Shown one piece after another: positions 13,247 through 25,964 of a DNA stretch of 64,000 bases; positions within the stretch are counted from its first letter, which is position 1; the number at the start of each line of letters is the position of its first letter. The DNA is taken from NCBI GenBank assembly GCA_976226885.1, contig OZ320318.1:41974001-42038000 (forward strand), read 5' to 3'. A program made the position numbers and the translations under genes. The notes beneath the pieces are model-generated. The model saw nothing but the letters and a program-made list of their open reading frames with translations. It did no database searches and was not told the DNA's origin. The stretch comes from Iphione sp. A-MEVVRFRX5. Taxonomy: Eukaryota.

Positions 13247-13288
13247 CATTTTCTCATATGATGGAGATCCTTCACCCTCAAATGTACA
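13247..13288 (-). CDS. Gene A 42-nt micro-exon (CTFEGEGSPSYEKM)
   Basis: Acceptor cctcttttggtttctatggttgaacag and consensus donor ATG|gtaagt; open in phase 0. Confidence 0.55.
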
Positions 13289-13533
13289 CTGTTCAACCAT
13301 AGAAACCAAAAGAGGAACTACTCATTACAACAGAATAAATACATTGCAACATAATAATAAGCACCGATTACTGTACATTGTCAGAAATAATGGTACATGG
13401 ACCTTCCTATTACATCCTGTAAACCTATCGTCTACAGTCACGTGCATTTTACCTATTTCTTCCTGTGCTCGAGGACTTGAAACTTAAGCTAAACAGATTC
13501 ACCAATAAGGAAGAACATAACATATACACGTAC

Positions 13534-13560
13534 CATAATCTGTGGAGTGGTAGTATCCAT
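13534..13560 (-). CDS. Gene A 27-nt micro-exon (MDTTTPQIM)
   Basis: Strong polypyrimidine acceptor ttttctgtttatttcctctgacag and donor ATG|gtacgt; phase 0-0. Confidence 0.55.
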
Positions 13561-14310
13561 CTGTCAGAGGAAATAAACAGAAAAGTAAGCGGGATTGTGG
13601 CTGAAGACCTTGGTAAGCGTATTGCATATGTATGCTCATATAAGTCCCTATAAGTATTCTACTTGATCTTGAACTGTACTTTAGTCAGCATCTCTCACTA
13701 CAGGCGAGAGGGAATGGTACAGCTTCTATAAGAATATCTTTACGGAGAAAAAATCTAATAAAATGGATAAAAGGAGTAGATCTCGAGGTAATCAATACAT
13801 CTGTGGTTATAGATGTCTTGATACAGCATTAATTTGGGTCTTATTTTCCACACAATAATATTTGGCAAGGAGGAGTCCCCTCTTCACAGCGATATATTAG
13901 TTGATGTGGATAAATCGCACCTTAATCTTAAACATAACATGTATGTACACAATGCCTTTACACAAATGGAACACTAAAAACCTGATAACAGGTTCCATTA
14001 GAGAATTCCTCTGATATCAGAAAATGAGATATTAAATAATGTAAAAATTAGGGTGAAGCAGATGTAAACTTCATGGAGAGGAGAACATAACATTGGTGGT
14101 AAGAAGCAGCGATGTAGTTTCATTAGTTATCTGCGGTATAACCTCTCTATTCCGTTACCTTGCTATTCCGTCACCCTTGCTATTGCAGACACAATTCCAT
14201 TTAACAGAGTTGATTTATGAAATTCCCTCACTATTCCAGGCATAAATCAAGGTAGAGAGGCGAAGAGGATACAGTCACATTGAAACATCTATTGTCTGAC
14301 CTCCTGTCAA

Positions 14311-14620
14311 CCTTAGATGTTTCTACACCTCATTATATGTGCTACTCAAGTCCTCAGCTCTCCTCCTGTTGCCCTTAGATATCACCACACTTCTTTAGGT
14401 GTTATTCAAGTCCTGAGCCCTCCTCCCATTGCCGCTAGATGTTTCCACACCTTGTCAGGTGCTACTCAAGTCCTCAAGCCTCCCCCTGTTGTAGTCTTGG
14501 TGTATCAAGTACTCCTTAGGTGCTACCTATGTGCTAACCCTTCCTCCTGTGCCCCCTAGGTATCACCACACTTCTTTAGGCACTACACCTATCCTTGGTC
14601 ACACTCCTAATGCCCTTAGT
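14311..14620. repeat. Degenerate ~60-bp minisatellite (about 4-5 units)
   Basis: Recurring ccttaga...ccacac...ggtgctactcaagtcctc...cctcctgttgc units. Confidence 0.65.
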
Positions 14621-14823
14621 TGTAGGTAAAGGAAGGAATATCTATTGTGTCAGGGTCACAACATCTTTTCCTTAGGTAACCAGTAAGAGCTCCCTGAATA
14701 CAGCTCCCTCAGTATTCCACCACCCTCGCTATTGCAGACATAATCACCGGAAACCAAGCAGTGGTTTTACTCTATATATTTATGCATTATAAATGCCTAA
14801 AATGTAGCTTATATGGATATTAC

Positions 14824-14877
14824 CAGGACAGATGTGATACGTGGACATATCTGGATCTCTGTAGTACTGATATCGAT
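14824..14877 (-). CDS. Gene A 54-nt micro-exon (IDISTTEIQICPRITSVL)
   Basis: Acceptor tactttttatttctcgagaag and donor CTG|gtaata; phase 0-0, open and S/T-rich. Confidence 0.45.
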
Positions 14878-16190
14878 CTTCTCGAGAAATAAAAAGTAAT
14901 AGTTTTACTTCCAGAAGTATATGTATAATTATATCCGTACAATTATTTGTACGTTTAATATAAAAACATAATTAGTGGTCAATTTGTTTTTATAACAAAC
15001 ATAACCTCATATGAAATATCTTCAAAATATTAAATCACATTAATAGAAATCTTCGAATGTTAAGTTTGGACTTTCTCCACAGTATTATGGAAATGATACA
15101 TGAAATAACCAAAAAATATATTGTTTACGTTTCTATGTAAATCTGGACTTACGGGGTTCCACTTAGGTGCACTTTCAAAAACATTATCAAAGAAATTTAG
15201 AGATACTTTCAGTCGAATAAAACACTGTTTCTTGTTTCATAATGCTACATGATAATAGCTCCGATAGTATCCTAAAGGAAAAACGTAGACTCTCAGGAAT
15301 CTGTCTGTATATGTGGGTACAATACGTGGAAGCTCACACCGGTTATCTATCTAGCACCCATCATAATGCTGTCCTGCTGCGCGCGAGGAAACGTTTCTGG
15401 ATTTATAGAGGCTATAGAAGACCCAGTGAGTCCACGGACCAATCCCAAACTCCATTCAATTAGATGGGGAGTGGGGAAGTACTGACCTTTCTACACTTCC
15501 TCAATACAATAAGAAAATATTATTCGGCCCAATAATTTCCTGGAGATGATTCATACTGGAACCAAATCTCAGTATTACCAATGTGTTCCTTGGCAACTTC
15601 TAACATGACCGGCTCGCATAATATATTACTACCAAACACAAATCACCCAGTAAGTCATACATCCTATATCACTTGTTAACAAACTTCTATTACACCCAAC
15701 TCATACTATAACTCTGACACCGAAAACAACACAATAAGTCTCTCGCACCAAATCACTCCTTCACCAACTTGCATAACAAATCTGATTTCACTTTCTCACA
15801 AAGCATGCAATAATGTGGCTATATAGCCTAGTTCAGCTGTATCCAAATATTCACCAAATTTCAGTATGCAGTTTCCTTATTGAACGTCATTAATTTCTAA
15901 AGCCTTTGTAATGTGCTGTTGCCTATGGTCCGATTCACCCTTTGTTCTTCGAAAGGGTGTTGATAACCTATCGTAACAAACACCCACCATAACGCAAAGA
16001 GCGCATTTTATCACCAGAATAAAAAGCTCTATCTAATAATTTTAATAATAAGATCCTAAAAATAGGTTCTTCTCCATTTCAAGTTAGCGGAACAAGGATT
16101 CCATGTTATCCAACTGGGAAGTTCGTGGCGTTGCACATAGGCGACCTGTCTTCCATTTTCTCTTTCTGCAACATGTACACTCCCACGTAC

Positions 16191-16205
16191 CTGGACTTGA
16201 CACAT
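16191..16205 (-). CDS. Gene A 15-nt micro-exon (MCQVQ)
   Basis: tacttctcccttatag|ATG TGT CAA GTC CAG|gtacgt; phase 0-0. Confidence 0.45.
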
Positions 16206-17285
16206 CTATAAGGGAGAAGTATATTGGGAATCGAACTGCAGCCAGCAGCACCTGAACCTTTACTCTAATTTTAATCTTGGAAACCTTCCTCCTATAGGTG
16301 CTCAGAGAATGAAATTCCACAGACTAGAACTTTGTTTAAAGTCCAATGTTTCAATGTTTTATTGACCATTCCCTGTTTGATACACAATGATCTCCTTGGG
16401 CAATTGGAACACATAGAGTGCTGGAAACAAGTTGTAAAACAATGTGATTGTGACAACAATGTCAGAGTATATCAATGGCATGTGTTATGTACAGATCGGC
16501 CGCTACTGCGCTAGCCTACAGTCTTGCTTGATGTTGTTGCTTCACATGGAATAAACACTCATTAAAATAGCATTCACGACTTTTTATGACTTTCTCAATG
16601 TGTATGCAAGATACCTCAATGTAGTGCAAGCAGTCTATTCGCCTTAGTGTCCATACTACTGCCAGTACCTCAGTGTCGTCCTGCTAGAGCTTCGCCAGAT
16701 CATAAACGCTAAATTACTTTTTAAGTTTTACTAACAAGTTTGCTTGTCCATAATCAGATGCAAAACCACTCAATGCCTAGTTTAACATGACACTGCATAT
16801 GTTACACTACTTCTCATTGACTCAATTATATGAAACCGCACATCACCAAATTAAAAGCCGTTTCGACGATTGACTGATTTTCACTATAAAAGCTCAGCTA
16901 AGGGATAGAGCTTAACTTTCAAGTAATGACATTACATAATTGCAAGGTTATAGAACTGCAAGTCAAGAAAAGCTACGATGACGCGGGTTATCCCTCTTTC
17001 TCCGACCAATGCCGCAATGTACAGCAATGATTAGTCCTTGTTAGAGAGGACACTGAACACCTTGTTAGTAACTTACACCTAGTGGGTCAGTGTTGATAAC
17101 ACCACCTATGCTGAGCTAGCCAGTTATGAAAGGGTTAGCTAGCCCATCTTGAGATGGTTTGATTGCCAGCATACGAGTTGGGGGATTGTCTCCCCCATCT
17201 GTGCCACTCCTGAGGGCACTTAGTCTTCCTTTCCTCTTCCCATCAACAGAATATCTCTCAACTTGATGTGCTCTGGCAGATTATT

Positions 17286-18026
17286 TCAGAGGTGTGCTGC
17301 ACCATACCTCAAGCTTCTCTTGAATGCCTTGGTTTTTGGGTGATCCACCTTGATTCTCATTGAGTGCCCATCCCGTGTCTTTGTTTCTTTGGCCATGTGC
17401 AAGAGACCCAGCTTCACTTGTCTGTGCACTGCTTCAACTGCCTTTTTCCGAGTGAGCTCGTCAACCTGTTTGATTTGAGTCCAAGCACAGATTGCCTTGA
17501 CTGTCATCTGTGCTCTCGTTTGTAGACACAACCTCGTGCACCTGTTTAGGTGAAACTGTAGGTTGCAGATGATCAACTTGGAGCAGCTGAAGAAAGGTAT
17601 GGCTCCATATTGGAGATGTGGTATGACTAAGGCTTTGAACAGCCTCACACATGCCCCCCATGGCAGTAGTCTTTGACTCTGGAGATCTTAAGATCGGCAT
17701 TCCACATTTTGCTCTTTACATCCTTGAGCACTTCTCGCACACTAAGGTGAGCATCCATTGTGTATATCCCAGTAGTCAAAGCTTGGTGACCATGGACAGA
17801 TCGGCGTCATTCACTTTGATGTCAAGTGGGGTGCCAGCTGCTTTGCCAATAGGCATGTAGCAACATTTCCCTTCTGATGTACTGTCTTTGGTCACGGAAG
17901 TAGCTGTTCATGAATTTACAAACATTTAGGATTGCTCCAGCAGCTTTAAGTCTGCTTAGCACACCCGAGGAGGGCACTAGATTGAATGCCTTCCTCATGT
18001 CGAACGTGAGGAGGCAGCAGTAGCCT
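17286..18026 (-). mobile_element. CR1/L2-type LINE ORF2 3' part (degenerate, internally deleted)
   Basis: RT motif FDMRKAFNLV..SYFRDQRQY and C-terminal LFKALVIPHLQYG. It continues from the 19359-19610 piece across a DNA transposon. Confidence 0.85.
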
Positions 18027-19356
18027 GGGAAGGGTGGGTAATTTGGACCCCCTAAGAAAAACATGCTCTAAAATTAAAATGTGTAAGCCACTGTGCAAAA
18101 ACTTTGCTTATTTTGAAGCAATAGGGGCTGCAGCATATTTTAACAAACTGGGGGAATATTAGTTAGATTAGTCTTTGAGTAAAATGCAATTCAAAATCTT
18201 TTATGACTGGTACAGTTTACCAAATAGGGAGGGTAAATTGGACCAGGTACCATAGTCTGAAGAGTCAGGGGTAAATTGAATCTAGGTCCTAGAATTGTAA
18301 GTTCCATGAACAACAGCATGGCTTTGAAAGGTTTTGGTCACTATTAGTTGTAATGCCAATTGATTTTGTGATTTCTACCATCAAAATATGTACGACAGAA
18401 TGGGACCTGCATTTGTAGGGTATTAGATTCCTTTCATACCTGTTGCTGCAAATTTATAAAGTGTATGTACATGTATATTTAAAATGTTTCACCAAACATT
18501 TTAAAAACTAGAAAAATTCATTTGACATGATAACCTCTCAGGCTTAAAAAGCTCCTTGCACTAGTGACAGGAGCTTTGTTGATGACCTTCTTCAATATGC
18601 GGACAAATTACCACACATCTATACCAATTATCTTGTCATTAAAAGTCCAAAGTATGTTAAAACCAAAAGTAAATAAATAAAAAACCAATAAATGTTTCTC
18701 TATTTATTTTTTTAAATGATGCCTTTCATTTCAATAAAAAATACTTTCAGTAGAAAAGGGTACATATTGGAGTTCCATAAATTTGCACTACATTTACTGT
18801 CTTAGCTCAAAATAGATTGTTTTCATATAATAGCTCCATGTTGAGACCAAATACATATACCACAAGGTTTTCTCCAAAGCCTGCTTAACAGATAAAAGAA
18901 AAGGTAATGGTTGTATAGGTAGATTGGACTGAGTCAGGTAATTTGACCAGTGGTCCAATTTACCCTCCCTATAGTGGTCCAATTTACCCACACACCAATC
19001 CCCATGAAAAATGTTTTCTGCACATTTTTGTGTAGATGACAGAGACTAAACTTGATGTTAGTATTACTTCTGAGTGGGACAATATTGATATAAAGTTATG
19101 ATAGGGGTCTATGTACTTTCTGCTCGCAACTACATTGCCAAATATAATTGGTAAAATTAGATCAGTGAGACGTAAAAAGAATAAATGTGTCTCAGCTTGG
19201 CACATGTTTTTTTGAAGCCATCATTTTTTAGTTCTGAGACATTGTGTAGTTATATCATTTGTTGTTGGATGGTGCTCATATTCCTTCCTTGCTTGAAAAT
19301 CAGAGATCTTGATGTGGTCCAATTTACCCACTGGTCCAAATTACCCACCTTTCCCC
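18027..19356. mobile_element. 1.33-kb non-autonomous TIR DNA transposon (TA target, pogo/Tc1-like), copy 1
   Basis: TIR GGG(G)AA(A)GGGTGGGTAATTTGGACC, TA at 19357-58, and internal ggtccaatttaccc repeats. It aligns throughout with 52903-53903 + 57382-57711. Confidence 0.85.
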
Positions 19357-19358
19357 TA

Positions 19359-19610
19359 CAGTCCGGCATTTGTCAGTTCACTTGCCCTTCCCAGCAATGA
19401 TACCACAGCCATTTCTGTGCTGCACCCCCTTCTGAAACCATGCTGTTTCTCACTAATGACTCTTTGCTTGTCAAGGTGATGCATGATGTCATTAACAAAC
19501 CACTTTTCGAAGATTTTTTCCCAGAAGTTGCAGAAAGGAAACGGGTCAGTAATTCCCAAGGGTATTTTGATTGCCTTGCTTTTATAGCGGCGTTACCCGC
19601 TCCTCCTTCC
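19359..19610 (-). mobile_element. 5' part of the same LINE RT, upstream of the transposon insertion
   Basis: KIFEKWFVNDIMHHLDKQRVISEKQHGFRRGCSTEMAV (RT QHGFR motif) joins GYCCLLTFDMRKAF once the TIR element is removed. Confidence 0.8.
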
Positions 19611-21867
19611 ACGCTTTTCCAAATGGAAATACATACACGGGGTTCACAAAAACGTCATGTTAGGAGCTTCAAAGAATAACGATAAATGTGTAAAGCATAT
19701 AATGAATGATAAGTCTATGAGGGATGGACGCATTGAAACCTTGACTGTTCGAAGAAGAAGAATAATACATGTTCTAAGGGAACTACAAAGAACATTTTTG
19801 TTGCAAAAGAGATTGAGACAATAAACAATATTTTGTATTATTAGACCCGCACACATTATGAAAACACCTAATGCGATAGGGTTTGAAAAAAGCGGTTGCT
19901 TCCTGCATGCTTCCCACACACATGAAGGGATATCACATTTATGGAAACGTTGCTTGATTACATTAAGAGGAGAAGAATTATACACTTTGTTTTCAATAAC
20001 AAGCATACATCACAAGGAAGAACATCAAAACTCACAATCTACATTGTTAATTGCCCCCCCCCGCTTTTGGAACTAAACGCGCTGCATTTACTACTTCTAT
20101 CTTATATTTTCACAGGACATCGCCGATCTATGCACTCCATGTGTCCATGCTGCTTGCATGTGTGGGTGGGTTACGTGCTTCAACGGATTTTCAGTATTAT
20201 GAGAACAAGCTAGGCCTTGCCACTAAGTCTGCAGCATGAATATGGGCTCGTGCTTGCGATGTTCAGAGCAAGCACTGTCCATAAATGTAATGCACGTGGT
20301 TCCGTGATTTTTGAGATCTATTATTACACAAAACAGTATTTCAATGTACCGGTACCTGAACATATTAGCTGCCGCCATTACAAAGTTTTAATTCACTAAG
20401 ATTTTATTATTTATAGATCCTACACTTACACGCTTTATTTCTACATCTTTATTCTATGTCTAGTATCGCCACCAGTTCAGACATTTTCCAATTATACACA
20501 TCCAATCGGGCTCGTAGGATTCATATACAATACTCAAAAACAACCTGAATGCAGGTACTTGCGGGCAGAGTAGGAAGTAAGCTGATAAGAATAAGATGAC
20601 AGGTATAACGAGAGGGTCAAACCAACGAGGAAAGTATGTTAACTCGAGTGGATGTGAAGAGGTTAAGTAATGATTATCTCATATCGGAAGTTATGTAGGT
20701 GTTTGTCTCAGATAATACCTAACTGTATTAGGAGAATGGCTCCTCCTGTGAGAGACTCGCTGTGTAAATTGATGAAAAAACTGGGAATTTCCCAGAGAAC
20801 GTCTGCGAACAGATATATTGTACACTTTATACTGGTGCGTATAATAATTGAGATATAGAAAGTACAGATGAAAATATTAGGGGCCAGAGGGGGGGGGGGC
20901 AGAACGAGAGACAAGTACTCTTCAAGAAAGAAAGATTATGAGATAGGAAAACGGCGAAAGAAGACATTCTCAAGCTTTTTAAGATCTGAAATGAAAAGTA
21001 CATACGAAATGATACGAACAGCGGTTTTAAGTTAACGAAATCGAAGAACTAATGTACTAAAGAAACTCGTTACATAGATGGCCTGTGCTGAGCAGGTCTT
21101 CTCATACTTAGATCGTACGCGTTCTCACTGACCGGCAGAATACTATACACACTAAATGGTTTTGTGTACAGAGGATATTCCAAAACCGCACACTTGAAAT
21201 CCAAATTGGCCGAAATGCGAACGATAATACCAGGAACGAACTATTTTCCTGCATACATAATAGAAAAAGTGCACGAAAAACAAACACGTTTTCATCCTCA
21301 GCGTCTAATGCTGAAGCATCGTTGAGGAAAGAACCCAGGCCTTTGGCCTTGATTTCAGAATAATCAATGAATTAATCTAATCTCATGCCGAAAACAGCTC
21401 GGTATTCGCCCTAGAAAGCAGGAACTGCACTTTATGTGTGATCGGATTTAGGTTTAAGATAACTACAATCCAATTCCTCGAGCCATTTCCTCCCTGAATA
21501 GTCTTATCATTGTCTTTGCCCCCTATGTGCTGTATTTCGCTTTCTCCCTCTCTTACATATAACTTGTTCTTTCTCTGTCCCTGTCTCTGCCGTTCCTCTA
21601 TTTAGATATGCCGCTTTACTTACAGCACCTTCCCCCGCTGATATACATGAATTCTATCTGCCTGTCAATCCCTTTCAGTCTTCCACTTTTCTTTCCTCTT
21701 TAACACTCCCTGCCTCTGCACTCTCTATTGCTTCTACCTTTCTCACTTCCTTCTCTAATACTATCTCCTGCTCTACATATTTCTCTGCTACATGGTACTG
21801 TGGATTTTCCCTTACGTACATTTTGTTCCCTCAGAAGCCAGTGACATAGGCTTATCTCCTAACAGTT

Positions 21868-21935
21868 GGCCGGTTAGGCTCAGTTAGTTAGAATGTCCGG
21901 TGAGCTCAGGCATGTTCGAGACCCATACTGGTCAG
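21868..21935 (+). mobile_element. tRNA-Ile-like pseudogene or SINE head
   Basis: GGCCGGTTAGGCTCAGTTAGTTAGA (A box) ... GTTCGAGACCCATACTGGTCA (B box and acceptor-like end). The anticodon arm is deleted, so it is not a functional tRNA. Confidence 0.55.
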
Positions 21936-22869
21936 AAAAGCGGCCGATACATCATTGTGCTCTTGATGCGAAAATAAGATAAATCTGTCTGGAGAAATAA
22001 AATAAAATGGAAAATACGGTAAAATGGGTTTGACTGTCCTAGGTCTTTACATGAATGGGTTTATGTATTCCTGTATACCAGCGTACGCCCATGTGCGTTA
22101 TATAGAATAACTGAAACTACGGTAGTGTGAACATCGTGAAGACGTGAGCGTGCATGATGCTTGTGAGGTCAAATTATGAGGTCATCTATCGTGACATCGT
22201 CCGGATTTGGCTTGGTTTGTTGGGATTTCTGCTCGGTGAAGATACTAGCAGACGGTTGACAATCAGAGGTCACATTTGGGTGTCCTTTGCCTCTGAAGTC
22301 TTACCGTTCCATGTTTCAGACCATGCTTGTAGTGTCTATTTATCTGAAGGGTTGGCAACCTGAAGGTATGCTCTCGTGTGTGGACGTGTGTTTGGGTGTC
22401 TACATTTGTGTGCGGGAGGTACCTCCTCGAAATATCATTTCTGTATCGCTCGATCCCTCCATCTACTTCTCCCTTTCTATCTTATTTTGGATTGTTCGCT
22501 TCTTTTCTTACTAATACCACTCTCTTTCTCTCTGCTTCTTTATCAGTTTCGTTAGGTTTTCCATCTCGGTCTCTACTTCTCTATCTCTCCGTTTCCCTAA
22601 TGTCTTTCAATAACTTACACACTCAGTCTCCCTCAACTGACTTAGGCTGGGTGCTCATGTGTACAGAGATTTCATCTGGAGCCTTGGCTCCAGAAGAAAA
22701 CAATCCTATGCTGTTCAACAAGATTGCTTCCATGGGTCCATACCCCTGGGCCTGTGGTCGAGGTGCGGAGACCAAAAACAGCCCTGGACTGTAAATTTAC
22801 ATGTTTCTGGACTCCAGAGTCCTCACGAACCTGTAGTCTAGGAAGATAGACATTAAATTTTCAGATGGA

Positions 22870-23850
22870 ATGACACTCTATGTTTTATAGACTATGAGAA
22901 GGCATTTGATCAGGTGAACCATGGCAAGATGTTTGAGTGCTTGCAACAGAAGGATATGGATGGACAAGACCTTATACTGACAAGGAATATTTACTGGAAT
23001 CAGAATGCCTATATAACAATTGAAGAAAGTTTGTCACCAAAAATGAATATTAAAAGAGGAGTTCCTCAAGAAAACATCCATAGATGCACAGATAATGAAA
23101 AAGGAGTACAAATTGGTGGAAAAATAGTTAACAGACCCAAGATATGCAGATGATGTAGTACCTTTTGCTGAAAAATGGAAAAGAACTGCAGCAAATACTA
23201 AATTATGTCAACATCAAAGGAATGAATTGTGCTATAAAAATGAATGCCATAAAGACCAAAGTATGCTAATCTCCAAGAACATCAACACACCACTGAAAAT
23301 AAATATTGATGGTTCTGATGTTCATCAGGTAAAATCTTCTGTATATTTGGGACAACTGATTACTGCTGATGGCAAATGTGATGCTGAATAATGAGAAGAA
23401 TAGAAAGGAGCAAGAAGTGCTTTTGATAACATGTCAACTACATTGACATGTCATAATACAAGTATATCTACATGAAAACAAATTATAATGTGTTATGTGT
23501 GCACCACGCTGTTTTATGGTAGTGAGACATGGAGTATGAGTCAGAACAACTGAAAGAAATTACAAGAATTTGAAATGTAGTATTATAGAAAAGTAATGAA
23601 ATATCACAGAAAATCAAGAATGAAGAGTTTCTAAACATGATCTAAGATAAATCATTATGTTGTCTACCATAAATAAGAAGAAGATGTTATACTTTCAATA
23701 TATGGTCAGAAGAAATAACACACAGAGATTGCTACTGGAAGGAATGAAAATGGAAAACAATGCAGAGAAACACCTAGAGCAGAGTGGATTAACAACATCA
23801 TAGAATAGAGTGGAAATAAAAAAATATGATGATTTAACCAAATGAAGCCG
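22870..23850 (+). mobile_element. RTE-clade LINE ORF2 remnant (5'-truncated, frameshifted)
   Basis: IDYEKAFDQVNHGKMF..., NIYWNQNAYITIE..IKRGVPQ, a yaDD-like tgcagatgatgtagta, and F.YLGQLITADGKCD, all typical RTE RT motifs. Confidence 0.85.
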
Positions 23851-23852
23851 GC

Positions 23853-23940
23853 ATGTATCCCTGAGGATACACCATATATGCTGGGGTGTATCCTCAGGGA
23901 TACACCCCAGCACCATATGGATGTATCCCTGAGGATACAT
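23853..23940. repeat. Three copies of the quasi-palindrome GTATCC(CTGA/TCAG)GGATAC
   Basis: Copies at about 23853-23872, 23885-23906 and 23921-23940; related motifs occur at 43900-43982. Confidence 0.7.
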
Positions 23941-24072
23941 ACACTGATAAAGACAGTCTTTCATAGTAAGTAATAATTATCAAATTTAAGTTAAGAATAA
24001 GGGTTAGGTATGGTAGATTAATGAAAATAGTCATATTCTGATTATATCTATTCATAATTGACAATAACTTAA

Positions 24073-24216
24073 CCCTTTATCATACTATTTTCCAATAATG
24101 ATTATTTAAATATATGTATATGCTCGCACACACACCCGGCCTCAAAGGGTATTAAAATCATGATACACCCCGGCGTCAATGTCCCCCTCCTTCACCAGGG
24201 GACCGGTGTTAAAGGG
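24073..24216. mobile_element. piggyBac-like MITE
   Basis: TTAA|CCCTTT ... AAAGGG|TTAA (TTAA at 24069-72 and 24217-20). Confidence 0.6.
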
Positions 24217-25503
24217 TTAATTAGGAAGGCCCAAGATCACAGAAGCTGGAGGATCATGGCAGCCAATCTTCATGATGAAGACGGCACCCAGTAATGATGA
24301 TGTGACACTGTCTATCACATGATAGATGATATGAAATATCTTCTAGTTTGCTAAAGAAAAGCTGAATTGGGCCGAATTCTCTCCGATCGGTATGGAAAAA
24401 CACAGCTTTAACAGAATTGGGTGGAATTCTTTCTGATTGGTACAAAAAGTGCAGTTTCAACCAATCGGTACCAAAAAATGTAAGTTTTGGGTGCAATTCC
24501 TCCCTCCATGTGCTATGGAAAAAAACCCCATACACATGGAAAGTCGGCCTTAGTCTCCCTCTACGTGATTCTCTCCCATTCCCTCTTCTTTCCCATTTCT
24601 CCTTTTCTGTTTCTTGAATGTTTCTTACTCTTCTCCAGTCTCTCTCTACCCGTCCACCTGTCTCTTTCGTCTCATTTTCTCGTTTGTGTGTCCTATGACC
24701 CTTGCTAATGTTTGTCTGGTCATCTGTCAGGCTTTATCTTTGCCCTCTAAGATGATCTTGCTCTTTCTTCCGCCTTTTCTTTCGCTCTATACGATTCCGT
24801 TGATCGGTTCAGTGTAATGTCGAATTAGAACTGCAGCAATTGTTAGATACGCCTTCCCCATTCGAGGAAAACTATCCCTAAAAATGAATAGCAAGGGCAA
24901 ACATGAAGGTTGTGTGATGGAGAAAAAGAAAGCTCTCATATTTTTAATGTGATGTCCAATACAGGGGACACAACTATAGCATCTGAATGTAACAAATAAA
25001 TACATGGCTATCATCTTGAGCAGATAACTTGATGTAACAGATAACGTGATGTAATGTTCGCTATTAACATAATATCGTAATAGCGTAGAGTCAATTTGAA
25101 ACAATGCAGTCAATTCAAACGTACTTCCGAGCAGAAATATACGGTTCATTATCACAATAACAATTGATTATAGGAAGTCACGTTTGATTGCGCTACTGAA
25201 TCTTGCCCCTATCGCTTGACTCTTGCATTATACACTTGTATATTGACATGTGATAAGCACATGTTCATGGAGATGCTCTGTCACGGTGTGAAAACTCTCA
25301 CTGACCGAGCACCTTAAAGCCAATTAGTCATAGTTTCACGTAAGAGAAAAGAAATATTAAATACAGAACCACATTTGCAATACGAAAATTACAATATAGG
25401 AATACGAGTGAATCATGCAATGGCCTATCTGTCAACGTAAGTTAAGAATATATTGGCACTTTTGATACTTTTTCTCTATTAGAATTTCATGTTGATCTCC
25501 TAC

Positions 25504-25663
25504 CTCGATAGAACTCGTTTCAGTTGTTTCAACTGATGACGTCATGAACAGCGACGTTGTGTCCACTGACGAGACAGCCCCAAGAGGCGTGGAGGTTGTC
25601 TCCGGTATGAAGGACGACTCCATTGTGGCTGTGTTTTCCGTACAAGATCCAAGACAGAATATC
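25504..25663 (-). CDS. Gene A exon 2: end of signal peptide plus S/T-rich mucin-like ectodomain
   Basis: Acceptor gatatttccag (phase 2) and donor GAG|gtagga (phase 0). It encodes IFCLGSCTENTATMESSFIPETTSTPLGAVSSVDTTSLFMTSSVETTETSSIE. Confidence 0.7.
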
Positions 25664-25856
25664 CTGGAAATATCTTCTCTTAGGCAAATGTCTCAAAAGT
25701 CGGTATTAACCAGGTAGAGTGTGTCGATGATTTCAAAGTGAACTCATTATAGGATCGTCGCACCACTGGCGGTTAATTCTTTTCGTTGTATTTCTTCCAT
25801 GCAAGTGCCTTGTCTGTTGACAGCTGGTAACCGTATGCATGGAGATGCTCTGTCAC

Positions 25857-25882
25857 AGCGTTAAAACTCTCATCCTCGCCAT
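25857..25882 (-). CDS. Gene A exon 1 (MARMRVLT-L), start of signal peptide
   Basis: aaaATGGCG start context. The phase-2 donor CT|gtgaca is weak, but it joins exon 2 to give MARMRVLTLIFCLGSCT. Confidence 0.5.
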
Positions 25883-25964
25883 TTTGTCTTTCCGAGAATC
25901 AACGACCTCAATGATGCGCACGTACTTTCACTTCTGATAGCTTTGCAGCCCTGCGCATGCGCAG
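25877..25964 (-). promoter_or_regulatory. Putative gene A promoter: NRF1-type palindrome plus YY1-type motif
   Basis: Perfect palindrome CTGCGCATGCGCAG at 25951-25964 (NRF1 consensus YGCGCAYGCGCR). AAAATGGCG at 25885-25877 overlaps the ATG. Confidence 0.5.
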
